Part shown: positions 1 through 9,584 of the stretch, one piece after another
Layout: each line of letters begins with the position of its first letter
Position numbering within the stretch: the stretch's first letter is position 1
Assembly (NCBI GenBank): GCA_046757525.1
Contig: JBHHYI010000009.1
Location: 1 to 49,943, forward strand
DNA length: 49,943 nt
DNA from: a bacterium
GTDB lineage: Bacteria; Zhuqueibacterota; Zhuqueibacteria; Oceanimicrobiales; Oceanimicrobiaceae
Direction of reading: 5' to 3'
Translations under genes and position numbers: made by a program
The notes under the pieces: generated by a model
Told to the model about the DNA's origin: nothing
Seen by the model: the letters and a program-made list of their open reading frames with translations, nothing else
Databases searched by the model: none

Positions 1-121
1 CAACGTCTGCAATCGCCACCAGTTCGGCGTTGTGAATGCGAAAAGCCAAATGCTCGGCATGCAGCTTCCCAATTCTGCCAGCACCAATAATGCCTACTCT
101 GACGTTTGAATTTGACTTCAT
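1..121 (-). CDS. iolG: Gfo/Idh/MocA family oxidoreductase, inositol 2-dehydrogenase-like (N-terminus only, runs off left edge)
   Basis: Manual translation of the minus strand from the ATG at 121 gives MKSNSNVRVGIIGAGRIGKLHAEHLAFRIHNAELVAIADV, with a Rossmann GxGxxG and a GRIG..HA pattern typical of IolG. GGAGGG RBS lies upstream. Not in the ORF track because it is truncated. Confidence 0.75.
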   Translation of the reverse strand, partial: MKSNSNVRVGIIGAGRIGKLHAEHLAFRIHNAELVAIADV

Positions 122-161
122 GGAATACCCTCCGTGCAAGAAAATGGGTTTCGGCGGCAGG

Positions 162-884
162 TTACTCTCCGGCATCGAACAAATCCGCTTGTGGCTGTTC
201 ATCTTCAGGTGGCCAGGCTCTCCTCACCCTCAGCTTGTCGGAAGGGTAGGGTTTGACCAGTCCGCACAACAGATCAAAGTCGTCAACAGATGGGTCGAGC
301 CACAAGTCGATGACATCCTTCGGAACGATGAACGGCATGCGGTCGTGTATTGGGGCAATCAGTTCGTTGGGCGGCAGTGTGATTATTGTGCAGCTATCTC
401 TCGGGCCTTTGTCATCCCGGTTCCAGGTATCGTAGAGACCGCCTAACGCAAACAGTGCACCTCCGTCATGAGTGAATTCGTAGGTCTCTTTTCTTCTCAC
501 ATTCTTGCCGCTGATTTTGCGGCTGTGGTACACGTACTGGCCGCCCGATTTTTTGTTCTCGAAGAAACCGCTGACCGGAATGATGCACCGCCTGGCTCGA
601 ACCAGTTTTTTTGTGTACGGCTGCGCCAATTTTTCCTTGCGAATATTGAACCAATTTCGTTTGGGTTCAAACCGCTTCTCGTAATTCGGAATCAAATTCC
701 AAAACATGTTGGTCACGGCCGGCTGCCCTGCTGCGCCTTTGTAGATGACGGAGATGTCGTTGTACGGGCAAAGGCTATCTCCGAGGACAGGCGGGTAGTG
801 AAATTCTGGAAAAGCAATGCCAAAGTAGCGCCAAAACAGCTCCTCGGCGTCAGGCATAAACTTCAGTTGAAATCGGCCACACAT
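162..884 (-). CDS. SOS response-associated peptidase (SRAP/YedK family)
   Basis: N-terminal MCGRF (catalytic Cys2), RRCIIPVSGFFE, and IHDRMP motif. Confidence 0.92.
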   Translation of the reverse strand: MCGRFQLKFMPDAEELFWRYFGIAFPEFHYPPVLGDSLCPYNDISVIYKGAAGQPAVTNMFWNLIPNYEKRFEPKRNWFNIRKEKLAQPYTKKLVRARRCIIPVSGFFENKKSGGQYVYHSRKISGKNVRRKETYEFTHDGGALFALGGLYDTWNRDDKGPRDSCTIITLPPNELIAPIHDRMPFIVPKDVIDLWLDPSVDDFDLLCGLVKPYPSDKLRVRRAWPPEDEQPQADLFDAGE

Positions 885-947
885 TTTGAGAACATCTCCG
901 TGGTGATGACTACTGTCAGGTGTTGCATGATCGTTCCGGCCTCTGAC

Positions 948-2879
948 TCAGAGATTGTCGATTTGCACCGGTTCGATTTCGTCCGCAATTGGGAATCCAA
1001 AGATTTTCGAATAGAAATACAGCTCGGCTTCCAGCGCGCGTTTGATGTTTTCGGCCTTGCGGAATCCGTGCTGTTCGCCCTCGAAAAGCAGATAAGCCAC
1101 CGGCAGCCCTTTTTTGCGCACCGCCTCCACCATCATCTCGGCCTGGTTGGGCGGCACCACTTTGTCCTCGAGTCCCTGGAACAGGATGACCGGACACGAC
1201 AGGCGATCCGTAAAATGAATGGGAGAGCGCTGCAGGTAAAGGTCGCGCCGTTCCGGGTAGGGACCGATCAAACGGTCCAGGTACCGCGACTCGAACTTGT
1301 GCGTATCTTTTGCCAGGGCTTCCAGGTCGCAGACGCCGTAGTAGCTGGCGCCCGCTTGGAAGAAATCGCGAAAAATCAGGGCAGCCAGGGTGGTGTAACC
1401 GCCAGCGCTGCCACCGACAATGGCCAACCGGCCCCCGTCCACCAGGCCTTGCGTTATTAGGTGTTGGGCGCCGTTCACACAGTCGTCGACATCGACGATG
1501 CCCCAACGATGGTTCAACCGTTGGCGATATTCCCGTCCAAAACCGCTGCTACCCCGGTAGTTCACGTCCAGCACTGCAAACCCGCGGCTGGTCCAAAACT
1601 GTACTTTCAGGTCAAGACTGGCGGAAGCCGCGCCAGTAGGTCCGCCGTGGCTTTTGACGATGAGCGGTGGCCGTTCCCCGGGCGGCGCCACATAGTCGCG
1701 GTTTTGCGGTGGGTAGAAAAAGGCGTAAGCCGTCCCATGGTCCTCTGTGGGGAATTCAATGGCCTGGGGTGTCGAAAAATATCCGGCATCCATGTTCAAA
1801 TTAGATGATTTTCTCAGAATCTTGAATTTGCGGGTGCTCAAGTCCAGTTCAACGATGGCACTCGCCAACTCTGGTGAACCAGCGACAAAGACAGCCCGAT
1901 CTCTGACGGCTTGTACGGATTCGATTTCAGTAAAGGGAAGCTCAAGCGTTTCAAAGTTGCCCGATTCTGGATCGAGCTCGGCGAGATGCCACGAGCCGTT
2001 TTGGGCGTAAGAGCAAATGAGGCGCTCGTCGGAAGCAAAGGCGTAGGTCGACATGCCGAAAACCCATTCGGGGCGGCCAAATTCAGCGGCCATGTTGCGC
2101 ACCGGCTCGATGCGCCCATTTTGCCAGCAATAGAGATTCCACCAGCCTGTTCGGTCGGAAACAAAATAGAGGGTGCCGTCCGGCGACCAGCGCGGCTGAA
2201 AGACGGATTCCGCGGGACCGCCAGCGATTCTTTTTGAACTGGCCAGGGAACCGTCCTCCCCAAGGTCGGCTACCCACAGTTCCGTGCCGTCCCAGGGCAT
2301 GTTGGGATGATTCCAGGTGAGGTAGGCCAGTCGCGTACCATCCGGACTCAAGCCTGGCGAGGAATAAAAGTCGTTGCCGGAAACGAGGAGTTGGCCGTGG
2401 TCGTGCGCCTTGAGCTCGAGGCTGACGATGGCGTTGACCGCTTCCCGACCCCCGCTGCTGTGATCTTCGCGAATGCAGACGAGGCGATTCCTGTCAGGGT
2501 CCGCAACGGCGTCAGCGTACCTGAACCGGCCTGGCGGTGTCAGAGGCTGCGGCTTTGAACCGGGCGTCTGGCGGAGGAGTCGTTGGTCGTCGAAATTCGA
2601 AAAATAGACCGTGCCTTTGTGCACCACAAACGCCCCGCCGCCGTATTCGTGTACCCGGGTTCGCACATTGAATGGTGCAGGCGTCACATCGCTGGTTTGG
2701 CCGTCTGCGGTTCGGCGTACGAGAACGTTGCGTCCACCTTCCGAAGGCCGCATCTCGACCCAATAGGTGTCCCTGCCATCCACGGCGACCTGGCCCAATC
2801 TGACCGTGTCTGAGACAATAGCCTCTGACGAAATCGGTGATTTCCAGGAACCGTACGGGGCGATTTTTGGATTGGGCAT
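948..2879 (-). CDS. S9 family peptidase (prolyl oligopeptidase / dipeptidyl aminopeptidase-like)
   Basis: APYGSWKSP start, beta-propeller region, HGGPT, nucleophile GGSAGG, catalytic Asp (EDKVV) and His (EQHGF). Confidence 0.95.
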   Translation of the reverse strand: MPNPKIAPYGSWKSPISSEAIVSDTVRLGQVAVDGRDTYWVEMRPSEGGRNVLVRRTADGQTSDVTPAPFNVRTRVHEYGGGAFVVHKGTVYFSNFDDQRLLRQTPGSKPQPLTPPGRFRYADAVADPDRNRLVCIREDHSSGGREAVNAIVSLELKAHDHGQLLVSGNDFYSSPGLSPDGTRLAYLTWNHPNMPWDGTELWVADLGEDGSLASSKRIAGGPAESVFQPRWSPDGTLYFVSDRTGWWNLYCWQNGRIEPVRNMAAEFGRPEWVFGMSTYAFASDERLICSYAQNGSWHLAELDPESGNFETLELPFTEIESVQAVRDRAVFVAGSPELASAIVELDLSTRKFKILRKSSNLNMDAGYFSTPQAIEFPTEDHGTAYAFFYPPQNRDYVAPPGERPPLIVKSHGGPTGAASASLDLKVQFWTSRGFAVLDVNYRGSSGFGREYRQRLNHRWGIVDVDDCVNGAQHLITQGLVDGGRLAIVGGSAGGYTTLAALIFRDFFQAGASYYGVCDLEALAKDTHKFESRYLDRLIGPYPERRDLYLQRSPIHFTDRLSCPVILFQGLEDKVVPPNQAEMMVEAVRKKGLPVAYLLFEGEQHGFRKAENIKRALEAELYFYSKIFGFPIADEIEPVQIDNL

Positions 2880-2962
2880 CTGGTTCTCCTGATTGTTGAG
2901 TAAAAATATATCAAAAGACTAATAGTTTAGCAAGCAGTTTTTCCCTGTCTCATAAATTTGTC

Positions 2963-2991
2963 TTGACCAAATGATTCTTTTTGGCTATTAT
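2963..2991 (+). promoter_or_regulatory. sigma70-type promoter
   Basis: TTGACC (2963-2968), 17-nt spacer, TATTAT (2986-2991) in an AT-rich divergent intergenic region. Confidence 0.65.
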
Positions 2992-2995
2992 TAAC

Positions 2996-3152
2996 CTGGA
3001 CCAAAGGGGTGGTCTTGAGTGAAATGATTGGCTCGATGACGATTTCAGCGGGGGTTTTCAAACCGCACAGGTCGCCATAGAATCCAATTGACTGGTATCT
3101 GAATATGACAAACTGCTCAAGGGCAAGAGGAATGCTTGATACCGCGCTCCAG
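2996..3152 (+). ncRNA. candidate structured RNA or 5' leader, family unassigned
   Basis: Begins just after the promoter. Pairings found by eye: CTGGA/TCCAG, GTGGT/ACCGC, CTTGAGT/GCTCAAG, enclosing three hairpins (GAAAT/ATTTC, GCGG/CCGC, CAGGT-GCCA/TGGT-ATCTG). Confidence 0.35.
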
Positions 3153-3207
3153 TGGTCGCTTGCAAATTCACGCCGTTAGTTCGTTCGTTAAAATCATCTC
3201 AGAAACC

Positions 3208-5220
3208 ATGCCAACCAAAACCCACGTATCAGCCTGTCCCATGGATTGTCCCGACACCTGCAGTTTGGAGGTAGAGGTCACGGACAATAAGATCAGGCGC
3301 ATTGCCGGGTCGCGACTCAACCCAACGACGCAGGGATTCATCTGTACAAAAGTCTCGCGCTTTGCCCGGAGGGTCTATTCTGAGTATCGCCTGCTCCACC
3401 CAATGAAGCGGGTAGGGGAGAAAGGCGCGGGCGAGTTTGAGGCCATAAGCTGGCCGGAAGCCGCTGAAACCATTTGCGCCAGGTTCAAGGAAATCAAGGA
3501 AAAGTGGGGCGGCGAGGCCATCCTGCCGTTTTCCTACGGCGGTTCCAACGGTATGTTGGGACAGGACACCAGCGACCGGGCATTCTTCGCCAGGTTAGGG
3601 GCGTCGCGACTGGCCCGCACCGTGTGCGCAGCGCCGACCACCGAAGCGGCCCTGGGCATGTACGGCAAAATGCCGGGCACGGCGTTTGAGGACTACCAGC
3701 ATGCTAAGTTCATTTTGATCTGGGGGGCCAATCCCAGGACCTCTAATATTCATCTGGTGCCGTATCTCCGGAAAGCCAGGGCGGCGGGTGCTAAAGTTGC
3801 TGTGGTGGACCCGCGGCTAAATTTCTCCAAAAATGAAATCGATCTGCACCTGCCGGTTTACCCCGGCACCGATCTGGTGGTGGCTCTGGCCATGATTGAT
3901 TTCTGGCACAGGAACCAGCTCATCGACTGGGATTTCCTGCGGCAATTTGCCCGAAATGAGGAGGTTTTGCTGGAAAAAGCAGCAGCCTTCCCGGCTGAAA
4001 AAGCGGCTCAAATCGCCCGCGTCGATGCCGAAGACATTGAGCGCTTAGCCCGCTTGTACGCTTTTCACGATCCAGCGATTTTGCGGGTCGGCTGGGGCCT
4101 GGAACGCAATCGAAACGGCGGCCAGGCGGTGGCTGCGATTCTGGCCCTGCCAGCGCTGTTGGGAAAATTTGGGCTGCGCGGCTCCGGCTACACCCTCAGC
4201 AACAGTGGCGCCTACAAAGTCGATGGCCGCGGTCTGGTGGCAGCGTCCTCCTGGAACACGCGAATCATCAATATGAACCGGCTGGGAAAAGTCCTTTTAG
4301 AGGAAAGCGATCCGCCTGTCAAAGGTCTGTTCGTTTACAATTGCAATCCGGCGGTCACCATGCCCAACCAGAACGCGGTCCTTCAAGGACTTCTAAGGGA
4401 GGATCTTTTTACGGTTGTGTCCGAGCAAGTCATGACCGACACGGCTAAATTCGCCGATATTCTGCTGCCGGCTGTCACCTTTTTGGAGCAGCAGGAAATC
4501 AAGAAGGCTTATGGTTCTTACAGTCTGCACTATCTGCACCCGGTAATCGAGCCGCCTGGGGAGGCCAAACCGAACGAGCAGATGTTCGCCATGCTCGGCC
4601 GCGCCATGGGCTGGTCGGACGCCGCGTTTTTTGAAGAAACGGGGGACTATCTCGAGCGCGCAGTCGCGTCGATCCATGGCCTGGGCAAGCCTGTCGATTT
4701 GAAGCGGCTAAAAAAAGAGCAAGTCGCATTCTTTGATTTTCCCGGTCGCACACCGGTGCAGTTTAAGAATGTTTTTCCGTGGACACCAGATGGGAAAATA
4801 AACCTGGCCCCTGCCAACCTGGGTGAACGGCCTTACGAATACCTTGAAGAAGCGTCGGACGGCTATCCCTTAGCCCTGATCTCCCCGGCCACCGACAAAC
4901 TCATCAGCAGCACCCTGGGTGAATTCAATCTGCCGCAGCTCTCGCTGGTCATGCACCCGACCGACGCCAAAGCACGGTTCTTAACAAAGGGCCGCGTCGT
5001 GCGAGTCTTCAACGATTTAGGCGAAGTGGTTGTCACGGTGAAACTCAGTGAGCAGGTCAGGTCCGGCGTCGTGGTGCTGCCTAAGGGAGCCTGGCGCAAG
5101 GCCTCGCAGAGCGGGCAGACGGCCACGGCCCTGGCACCCGACAGCGTGAGCGCGGTTGGAGGGGGTGCTTGTTTTAATGATGCCCGGGTCGAGGTTGAGG
5201 CAATTGCCGCGGCGGAATGA
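3208..5220 (+). CDS. molybdopterin-dependent oxidoreductase with N-terminal Fe4S4 domain (MopB superfamily)
   Basis: CPMDCPDTC...C Fe-S motif, RLLHPMKRVG, WGANP, TDTAKFADILLPA and a C-terminal molydop-binding domain. ATG 3208 preferred over TTG 3136. Confidence 0.92.
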   Translation: MPTKTHVSACPMDCPDTCSLEVEVTDNKIRRIAGSRLNPTTQGFICTKVSRFARRVYSEYRLLHPMKRVGEKGAGEFEAISWPEAAETICARFKEIKEKWGGEAILPFSYGGSNGMLGQDTSDRAFFARLGASRLARTVCAAPTTEAALGMYGKMPGTAFEDYQHAKFILIWGANPRTSNIHLVPYLRKARAAGAKVAVVDPRLNFSKNEIDLHLPVYPGTDLVVALAMIDFWHRNQLIDWDFLRQFARNEEVLLEKAAAFPAEKAAQIARVDAEDIERLARLYAFHDPAILRVGWGLERNRNGGQAVAAILALPALLGKFGLRGSGYTLSNSGAYKVDGRGLVAASSWNTRIINMNRLGKVLLEESDPPVKGLFVYNCNPAVTMPNQNAVLQGLLREDLFTVVSEQVMTDTAKFADILLPAVTFLEQQEIKKAYGSYSLHYLHPVIEPPGEAKPNEQMFAMLGRAMGWSDAAFFEETGDYLERAVASIHGLGKPVDLKRLKKEQVAFFDFPGRTPVQFKNVFPWTPDGKINLAPANLGERPYEYLEEASDGYPLALISPATDKLISSTLGEFNLPQLSLVMHPTDAKARFLTKGRVVRVFNDLGEVVVTVKLSEQVRSGVVVLPKGAWRKASQSGQTATALAPDSVSAVGGGACFNDARVEVEAIAAAE

Positions 5221-5260
5221 CAGTTATTTTTCTTCAGCCAAAAGTAGTCCTCTTGAGTAG

Positions 5261-5752
5261 TTCCGACCGGTTTTTGGGCAGGACGTATCGCAGCCCGTTA
5301 CCCCTCGATACGGTAACTTGAGAAGTAGTGACCTACTCGGGATGACTCGCAACTTGGCCTTAATAGGAAACGCTCGGTTGTACGTAACGCAAACGTCCCG
5401 TTTGCGAGAGCATTTTTTTCATGTAATAGCACCCCAAGCCTGCACACTGGTTCTAAGAAACGCTCTACCGTACGTAACGCAATCGTCTCGATTGCGAATC
5501 CAATTCTCCCTTTGAGGAGACAGATTTTCGCTCGTGTAAAACGAAAATCAGAAGGATGTCTGCTGGAGAGCCATGACTCTGGTTTTCAGGACACCTCCTA
5601 AAATCCCCCTGGTTTTTTCGCTGGACGCTTCAAAAACCGTCCCCCTTTCAAAAGGGGGATTTCATATCGACGGCCGTCACCCCTTGATACGGTCGCTTGA
5701 GGAGCAGTTACCTACTCGGGATGACTCACACACACCTCCCCAAGAAGCGCTC
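5261..5752. repeat. composite palindromic intergenic repeat cluster 1 (modules F-A-B-B-C-D-A)
   Basis: A at 5293-5350 and 5673-5727 (GCCCGTYACCCCTYGATACGGT...ACCTACTCGGGATGACT). B at 5365-5406 and 5455-5496 (GAAACGCTC..TACGTAACGCAAWCGTCYCGWTTGCG). C at 5502-5562. D at 5584-5661. All recur inverted at 42.4-42.8 and 44.2-44.6 kb. Confidence 0.9.
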
Positions 5753-6001
5753 CTTGAACTAGACCCTCTCTGAACAAATACGTCCCGCGGATTGATTTTT
5801 ACACATCTTGTACGTTTCATACAAATAAAACGTCCCACTGGTCGTCGGGTGCTTCTCACAAACATTTGTGCCCAGGACGTGGCAAAATATATTTTCCTAA
5901 CTGCTAATGAATAGATAAATCATGACGATGAATGAAGTGAAATGGAATCAGAAAGCTGAAAGTCAACGCTGAGGAACTACCAACACACCGAATTATGACA
6001 G

Positions 6002-7855
6002 ATGTTAGCCAGCTCACTTAATCACAGAAAGCGATCCAGGTCAAGGGTATTGGTTGCCGACGATGATCAAGACCTGTTGGCATTACTCAAATCGATTCTG
6101 GAAAACAAAGATTTTATCACTGAAACCGCCCTCAACGCCGAGGAAGCTTTTGGGAAGTACGAGCAGAGCTATTTCGATGTGGTGGTGCTTGACATCAACA
6201 TGCCCGGCACCACGGGGATCGAGCTGGCGGAGCGAATTCGCCAATACGATGAAGACGTGCAGATTATCATCATGACTGCTTATTCCGACGTTGACTTTGC
6301 AGTGGAGGCTATTCGGTTTCAGGTTTTTGAATATGTGATCAAGCCTTTCCGGGTTGAAGATCTGGTGCGCAACATTGAAAAGGCCGCTGAAAAAAGTGTC
6401 TTGATTAGGAGGAACAAGGAAATCCTGGAAAAATACCAATTGCTGTTTCAAAGCTTTCCGGATGGCATTCTGGAATTGAATGCCGCAGGGAAAGTACTTT
6501 TTCACAATCCGGCGGCGTTGGAGGTTTTTGGCCTCGGCAACCATGGTACAAATGTCACCGACTTTTTGATTGCGAACCCCCAGATCGATGCCGCTTTGAA
6601 AAGAGTACGAAGGAGCGGCAAGGATCGCCTCGAGGAGGTGAAAATCGACCTGTCCAAAGCCAACGGCGCTTCGAGAACCATTCAGGTTTCTCTCAACACG
6701 CTCAAAAAGACTAATGGCAGGTGGGCCTCTTACTTAGCCATTCTGCGGGACATCACCGAGAGGAAGAGCTACGAGGACGAGATCATTGCGGCCAAAAAGC
6801 GCTTTCAGTCCATATTTGACGCCATCACCGATCGGATTGTATTGATCGACCAGAGGTACAACGTGGTGGCCGCTAACCACTACACGCACACTATTAGCGG
6901 CCTCAGTTCCGAGGAGATTCTGAAACTAAAGTGCAATGATTTGATCTGCCAGCAGCCTGAAGTTTGTTGCGATTGTCCGGTGCAAGCGACTTTTGACACG
7001 GGCCAGCCTGCTTTTAAATCGCTGAGCAACACTGGAAAGCCGGATGGACACGGGTCTCATTATGAGCTCTACACCTATCCTTTGCGCGAGTCCGACGGCA
7101 ACGTCGTCGAGGTGATCCTGTACGCCAAAGACGTGACCAGGTCGAAAGAGTTGCAATATGAAATTGCCCAGTCCGAAAAGATGGCCTCTATCGGGGAGTT
7201 GGCTGCGGGCCTGGCCCACGAGCTCAAGAATCCGCTGGCCATCATAAGTGCGTCTGCCCAATTCTGTTTAGAAAGGCTGCAACTGGACGAAACGGTGCAG
7301 GAGCATCTGAGCGTTATCTTTCGCAACATTCAGAACGCCAATAAGATCGTTTCCGATCTGCTAAACTACGCCAGGCCCAGCCAGATGCTGATTGACACGT
7401 TGGACTTGAACGAGGTCATCCATAGAGCTTTAAAATTGCTGCACACGAAACTCAAGAAGTCCGAGATCAGACTGCGGAAAAATCTGGCGCAAGAGATTCC
7501 CCGTTTGATCGGAGATGCGCAGTCGTTGGAGCAAGTTTTTGTGAACATCTTGTTGAATTCGATTCAGGCTATTGGACGATCGGGACGAATAACAATAAGA
7601 ACGACGTTTGAATCAATGAGTGGCAATGTGGTGATTGTCCTGAAAGATAATGGCCCCGGCATCCCGAAAAACAAAATAGGGAAAATATTCGATCCGTTTT
7701 TCACCACCAAGTCAGGCGGTACCGGGTTGGGGCTGTCCATTTGTCACCGAATCATTCTGAACCACCAGGGCACGATCCGGGTGAACAGTAAGCCAAACAA
7801 GGGCACTGAATTCATCATCGAGTTGCCCACCTACTTTCAACCAAAGCTGTCATGA
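6002..7855 (+). CDS. hybrid sensor histidine kinase, REC-PAS-PAS-HisKA-HATPase, no TM
   Basis: VLVADDD / LDINMP receiver, two PAS folds, H-box AHELKNPL, N-box, DNGPGI, FFTTK, GTGLGL. Confidence 0.95.
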   Translation: MLASSLNHRKRSRSRVLVADDDQDLLALLKSILENKDFITETALNAEEAFGKYEQSYFDVVVLDINMPGTTGIELAERIRQYDEDVQIIIMTAYSDVDFAVEAIRFQVFEYVIKPFRVEDLVRNIEKAAEKSVLIRRNKEILEKYQLLFQSFPDGILELNAAGKVLFHNPAALEVFGLGNHGTNVTDFLIANPQIDAALKRVRRSGKDRLEEVKIDLSKANGASRTIQVSLNTLKKTNGRWASYLAILRDITERKSYEDEIIAAKKRFQSIFDAITDRIVLIDQRYNVVAANHYTHTISGLSSEEILKLKCNDLICQQPEVCCDCPVQATFDTGQPAFKSLSNTGKPDGHGSHYELYTYPLRESDGNVVEVILYAKDVTRSKELQYEIAQSEKMASIGELAAGLAHELKNPLAIISASAQFCLERLQLDETVQEHLSVIFRNIQNANKIVSDLLNYARPSQMLIDTLDLNEVIHRALKLLHTKLKKSEIRLRKNLAQEIPRLIGDAQSLEQVFVNILLNSIQAIGRSGRITIRTTFESMSGNVVIVLKDNGPGIPKNKIGKIFDPFFTTKSGGTGLGLSICHRIILNHQGTIRVNSKPNKGTEFIIELPTYFQPKLS

Positions 7856-9270
7856 ATTCTGGCCGGTCTTCAAAAAATAGCATCTTAATCGTTGATGACG
7901 AGCGGGACATGCGCTGGGCCCTGGCACAAATTTTGACGGCGCAAGACTACAAAACCTTCGAAGCAAATTCAGGTGAAGAAGCTCTAAGAATGGTTCAGGA
8001 CAGGGTGCCTGACGTCATTCTTCTGGACAAGATGATGCCGGGTTCTATGGATGGCATCGAGACCTTGAAGCGAATCAAGGAGCTTGAGTCCTCGGTGCCA
8101 ATCATCATCTTGACAGCGTGTGGGGAGGTCAAGACAGCAGTGGAAGCGGTAAAGCTGGGCGCTTATGATTACATAACCAAACCCTTCGATGAGGATGAGC
8201 TCATCTTGACCATTCACCGGGCGATCAAGAATCATCAGTTGCTGCACGAAGTGCACAGCTTGCGCAAGCAACTGGAGAATCGCGACTCGTTGGAGAGCGT
8301 CATGGGCCGGAGCTCGGCTATCACGGAAATCCACAAAGCCATCGAGAAAGTGGCTGCCACCAAGTTTACCGTTCTGATCCAGGGCGAAAGCGGCACCGGC
8401 AAAGAGATTGTGGCGCGTGCCATCCACGAATTTAGCACCATTTCGGATAAGCCTTTTGTCGCAGTCGACTGCGGCGCAATTCCGGACACCCTGGTCGAAA
8501 GCGAGCTGTTCGGCTATGAGAGAGGCGCCTTCACCGGAGCCAATCGGGCCAAGGAGGGCCAGTTTGAATTGGCTGATTCGGGCACCATTTTTTTGGACGA
8601 AATAGGCAATTTGCCTTACCATGTGCAGCAAAAACTGTTGCGGGTCATTCAAGAAAGAAGGGTTCAACGGTTAGGCGCCAAGCGAACACGCAAGATCAAC
8701 GTGAGGATCATTGCCGCCACCAATTGCTCGTTGGAAAAAAAGGTGCAACAAGGGGAGTTTCGCGCCGATTTGTACTACCGCCTCAATGAGTTCATCATCC
8801 TTGTGCCGCCATTACGGGATCGCAAGGAAGATATTATTCATTTGTCCAACCGTTTCCTGGCCGAGACCCAGAAAGAGTTGGACAAGAAAATAAGCGGCAT
8901 GAGCGAGAAGTTTGTCAGAAGACTCTTGAATCACCCCTGGAAAGGCAATGTTCGTGAATTAAAAAATGTCATCCGCCGGGCCGCGTTGTTGTGCGAAGAC
9001 ACCATAGACGAGGTGCACCTGGTATTCGACGAACCTAATTCGGACATTACCAGCACTGCGGTGCTAACCTTTTCCGACCAGTCCATCAGCCCTTTGAAGG
9101 ACACGGTCAGAAAAGTCGTTTCCAAAGTAGAAAGGGAAGTCATCGAAAACGTTTTGCAAAAGACACAGGGCAATAAGAGCAAAGCTGCGCGCGCACTCGA
9201 AGTGGATTACAAAACGCTGCTGACAAAAATCAAGAGTTATGGAATTCGCAGTATGGATTTTGTTCCATAA
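7852..9270 (+). CDS. sigma54-dependent response regulator (NtrC/AtoC family, REC-AAA+-Fis HTH)
   Basis: GESGTGKE Walker A, intact GAFTGA loop, FLDEIG, WKGNVREL, GNKSKAARAL HTH. ATGA overlap with the kinase. Confidence 0.97.
   Translation: MNSGRSSKNSILIVDDERDMRWALAQILTAQDYKTFEANSGEEALRMVQDRVPDVILLDKMMPGSMDGIETLKRIKELESSVPIIILTACGEVKTAVEAVKLGAYDYITKPFDEDELILTIHRAIKNHQLLHEVHSLRKQLENRDSLESVMGRSSAITEIHKAIEKVAATKFTVLIQGESGTGKEIVARAIHEFSTISDKPFVAVDCGAIPDTLVESELFGYERGAFTGANRAKEGQFELADSGTIFLDEIGNLPYHVQQKLLRVIQERRVQRLGAKRTRKINVRIIAATNCSLEKKVQQGEFRADLYYRLNEFIILVPPLRDRKEDIIHLSNRFLAETQKELDKKISGMSEKFVRRLLNHPWKGNVRELKNVIRRAALLCEDTIDEVHLVFDEPNSDITSTAVLTFSDQSISPLKDTVRKVVSKVEREVIENVLQKTQGNKSKAARALEVDYKTLLTKIKSYGIRSMDFVP
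9252..9269. promoter_or_regulatory. candidate upstream activator (enhancer) site
   Basis: Perfect inverted repeat TATGGA-N6-TCCATA about 150 bp upstream of the sigma54 promoter, overlapping the end of the activator gene. Confidence 0.4.
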
Positions 9271-9363
9271 GCGTGGAGTGTTCCCCCAGGCAAGATTGAG
9301 CCCGCTTAAAGTCCCCAACTCCCAAACATGCAATCGTGTCTTGTAAATTAAAGCTTTACAGGA

Positions 9364-9376
9364 CAAATTGCTGATT
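9364..9376 (-). promoter_or_regulatory. IHF-binding consensus
   Basis: Minus strand AATCAGcaatTTG matches WATCARNNNNTTR and lies between the candidate enhancer and the sigma54 promoter. Confidence 0.5.
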
Positions 9377-9404
9377 GAAACAAAAGATTTCCCCGAAGAG
9401 ATTC

Positions 9405-9420
9405 TGGTATATGGATTGCT
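9405..9420 (+). promoter_or_regulatory. sigma54 (-24/-12) promoter
   Basis: TGGTATATGGATTGCT has GG-N10-GC spacing and TTGCT at -12, directly downstream of a sigma54 activator gene. Confidence 0.7.
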
Positions 9421-9584
9421 GAACGTTTAGCATGTTGATCGCTTGCTAAATTCAGAATTACTACTCCTTAAGATGTTGTAATTAGATGACGATACTTCCT
9501 CTGAGGATTCATGGAAAGGAGATCGAATCTCCTCCACAATCTGCCATAATAACGATATTCAAAAGACAGGTAAGGGAAAGGTTC

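Noticed and set aside
468..1460. 330-aa + strand ORF and similar long antisense ORFs (e.g. 7984-8667, 22521-23360, 34001-34792)
   Set aside because: They lie antisense to well-supported genes and show no recognisable motifs; they are shadow ORFs
2996..3152. Moco riboswitch, SAM-I riboswitch or 6S RNA call
   Set aside because: Only superficial resemblance (TGGCTCGATGA like SAM-I P2; paired ends like 6S). The conserved core motifs are not visible, so it is left unassigned.
5261..5752. CRISPR array
   Set aside because: Repeats are heterogeneous and irregularly spaced, there is no repeat-spacer periodicity, and no cas genes are present. The same applies to the other three clusters.
5318..5865. 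Short ORFs within repeat clusters (also 27415-27664, 42646-42861, 44473-44926) sharing peptides like YVTQSSRL
   Set aside because: The shared peptides are just translations of repeat module B; there is no RBS or coding evidence
5880..5897. sigma54 promoter TGGCAAAAT...
   Set aside because: No GC at the -12 position
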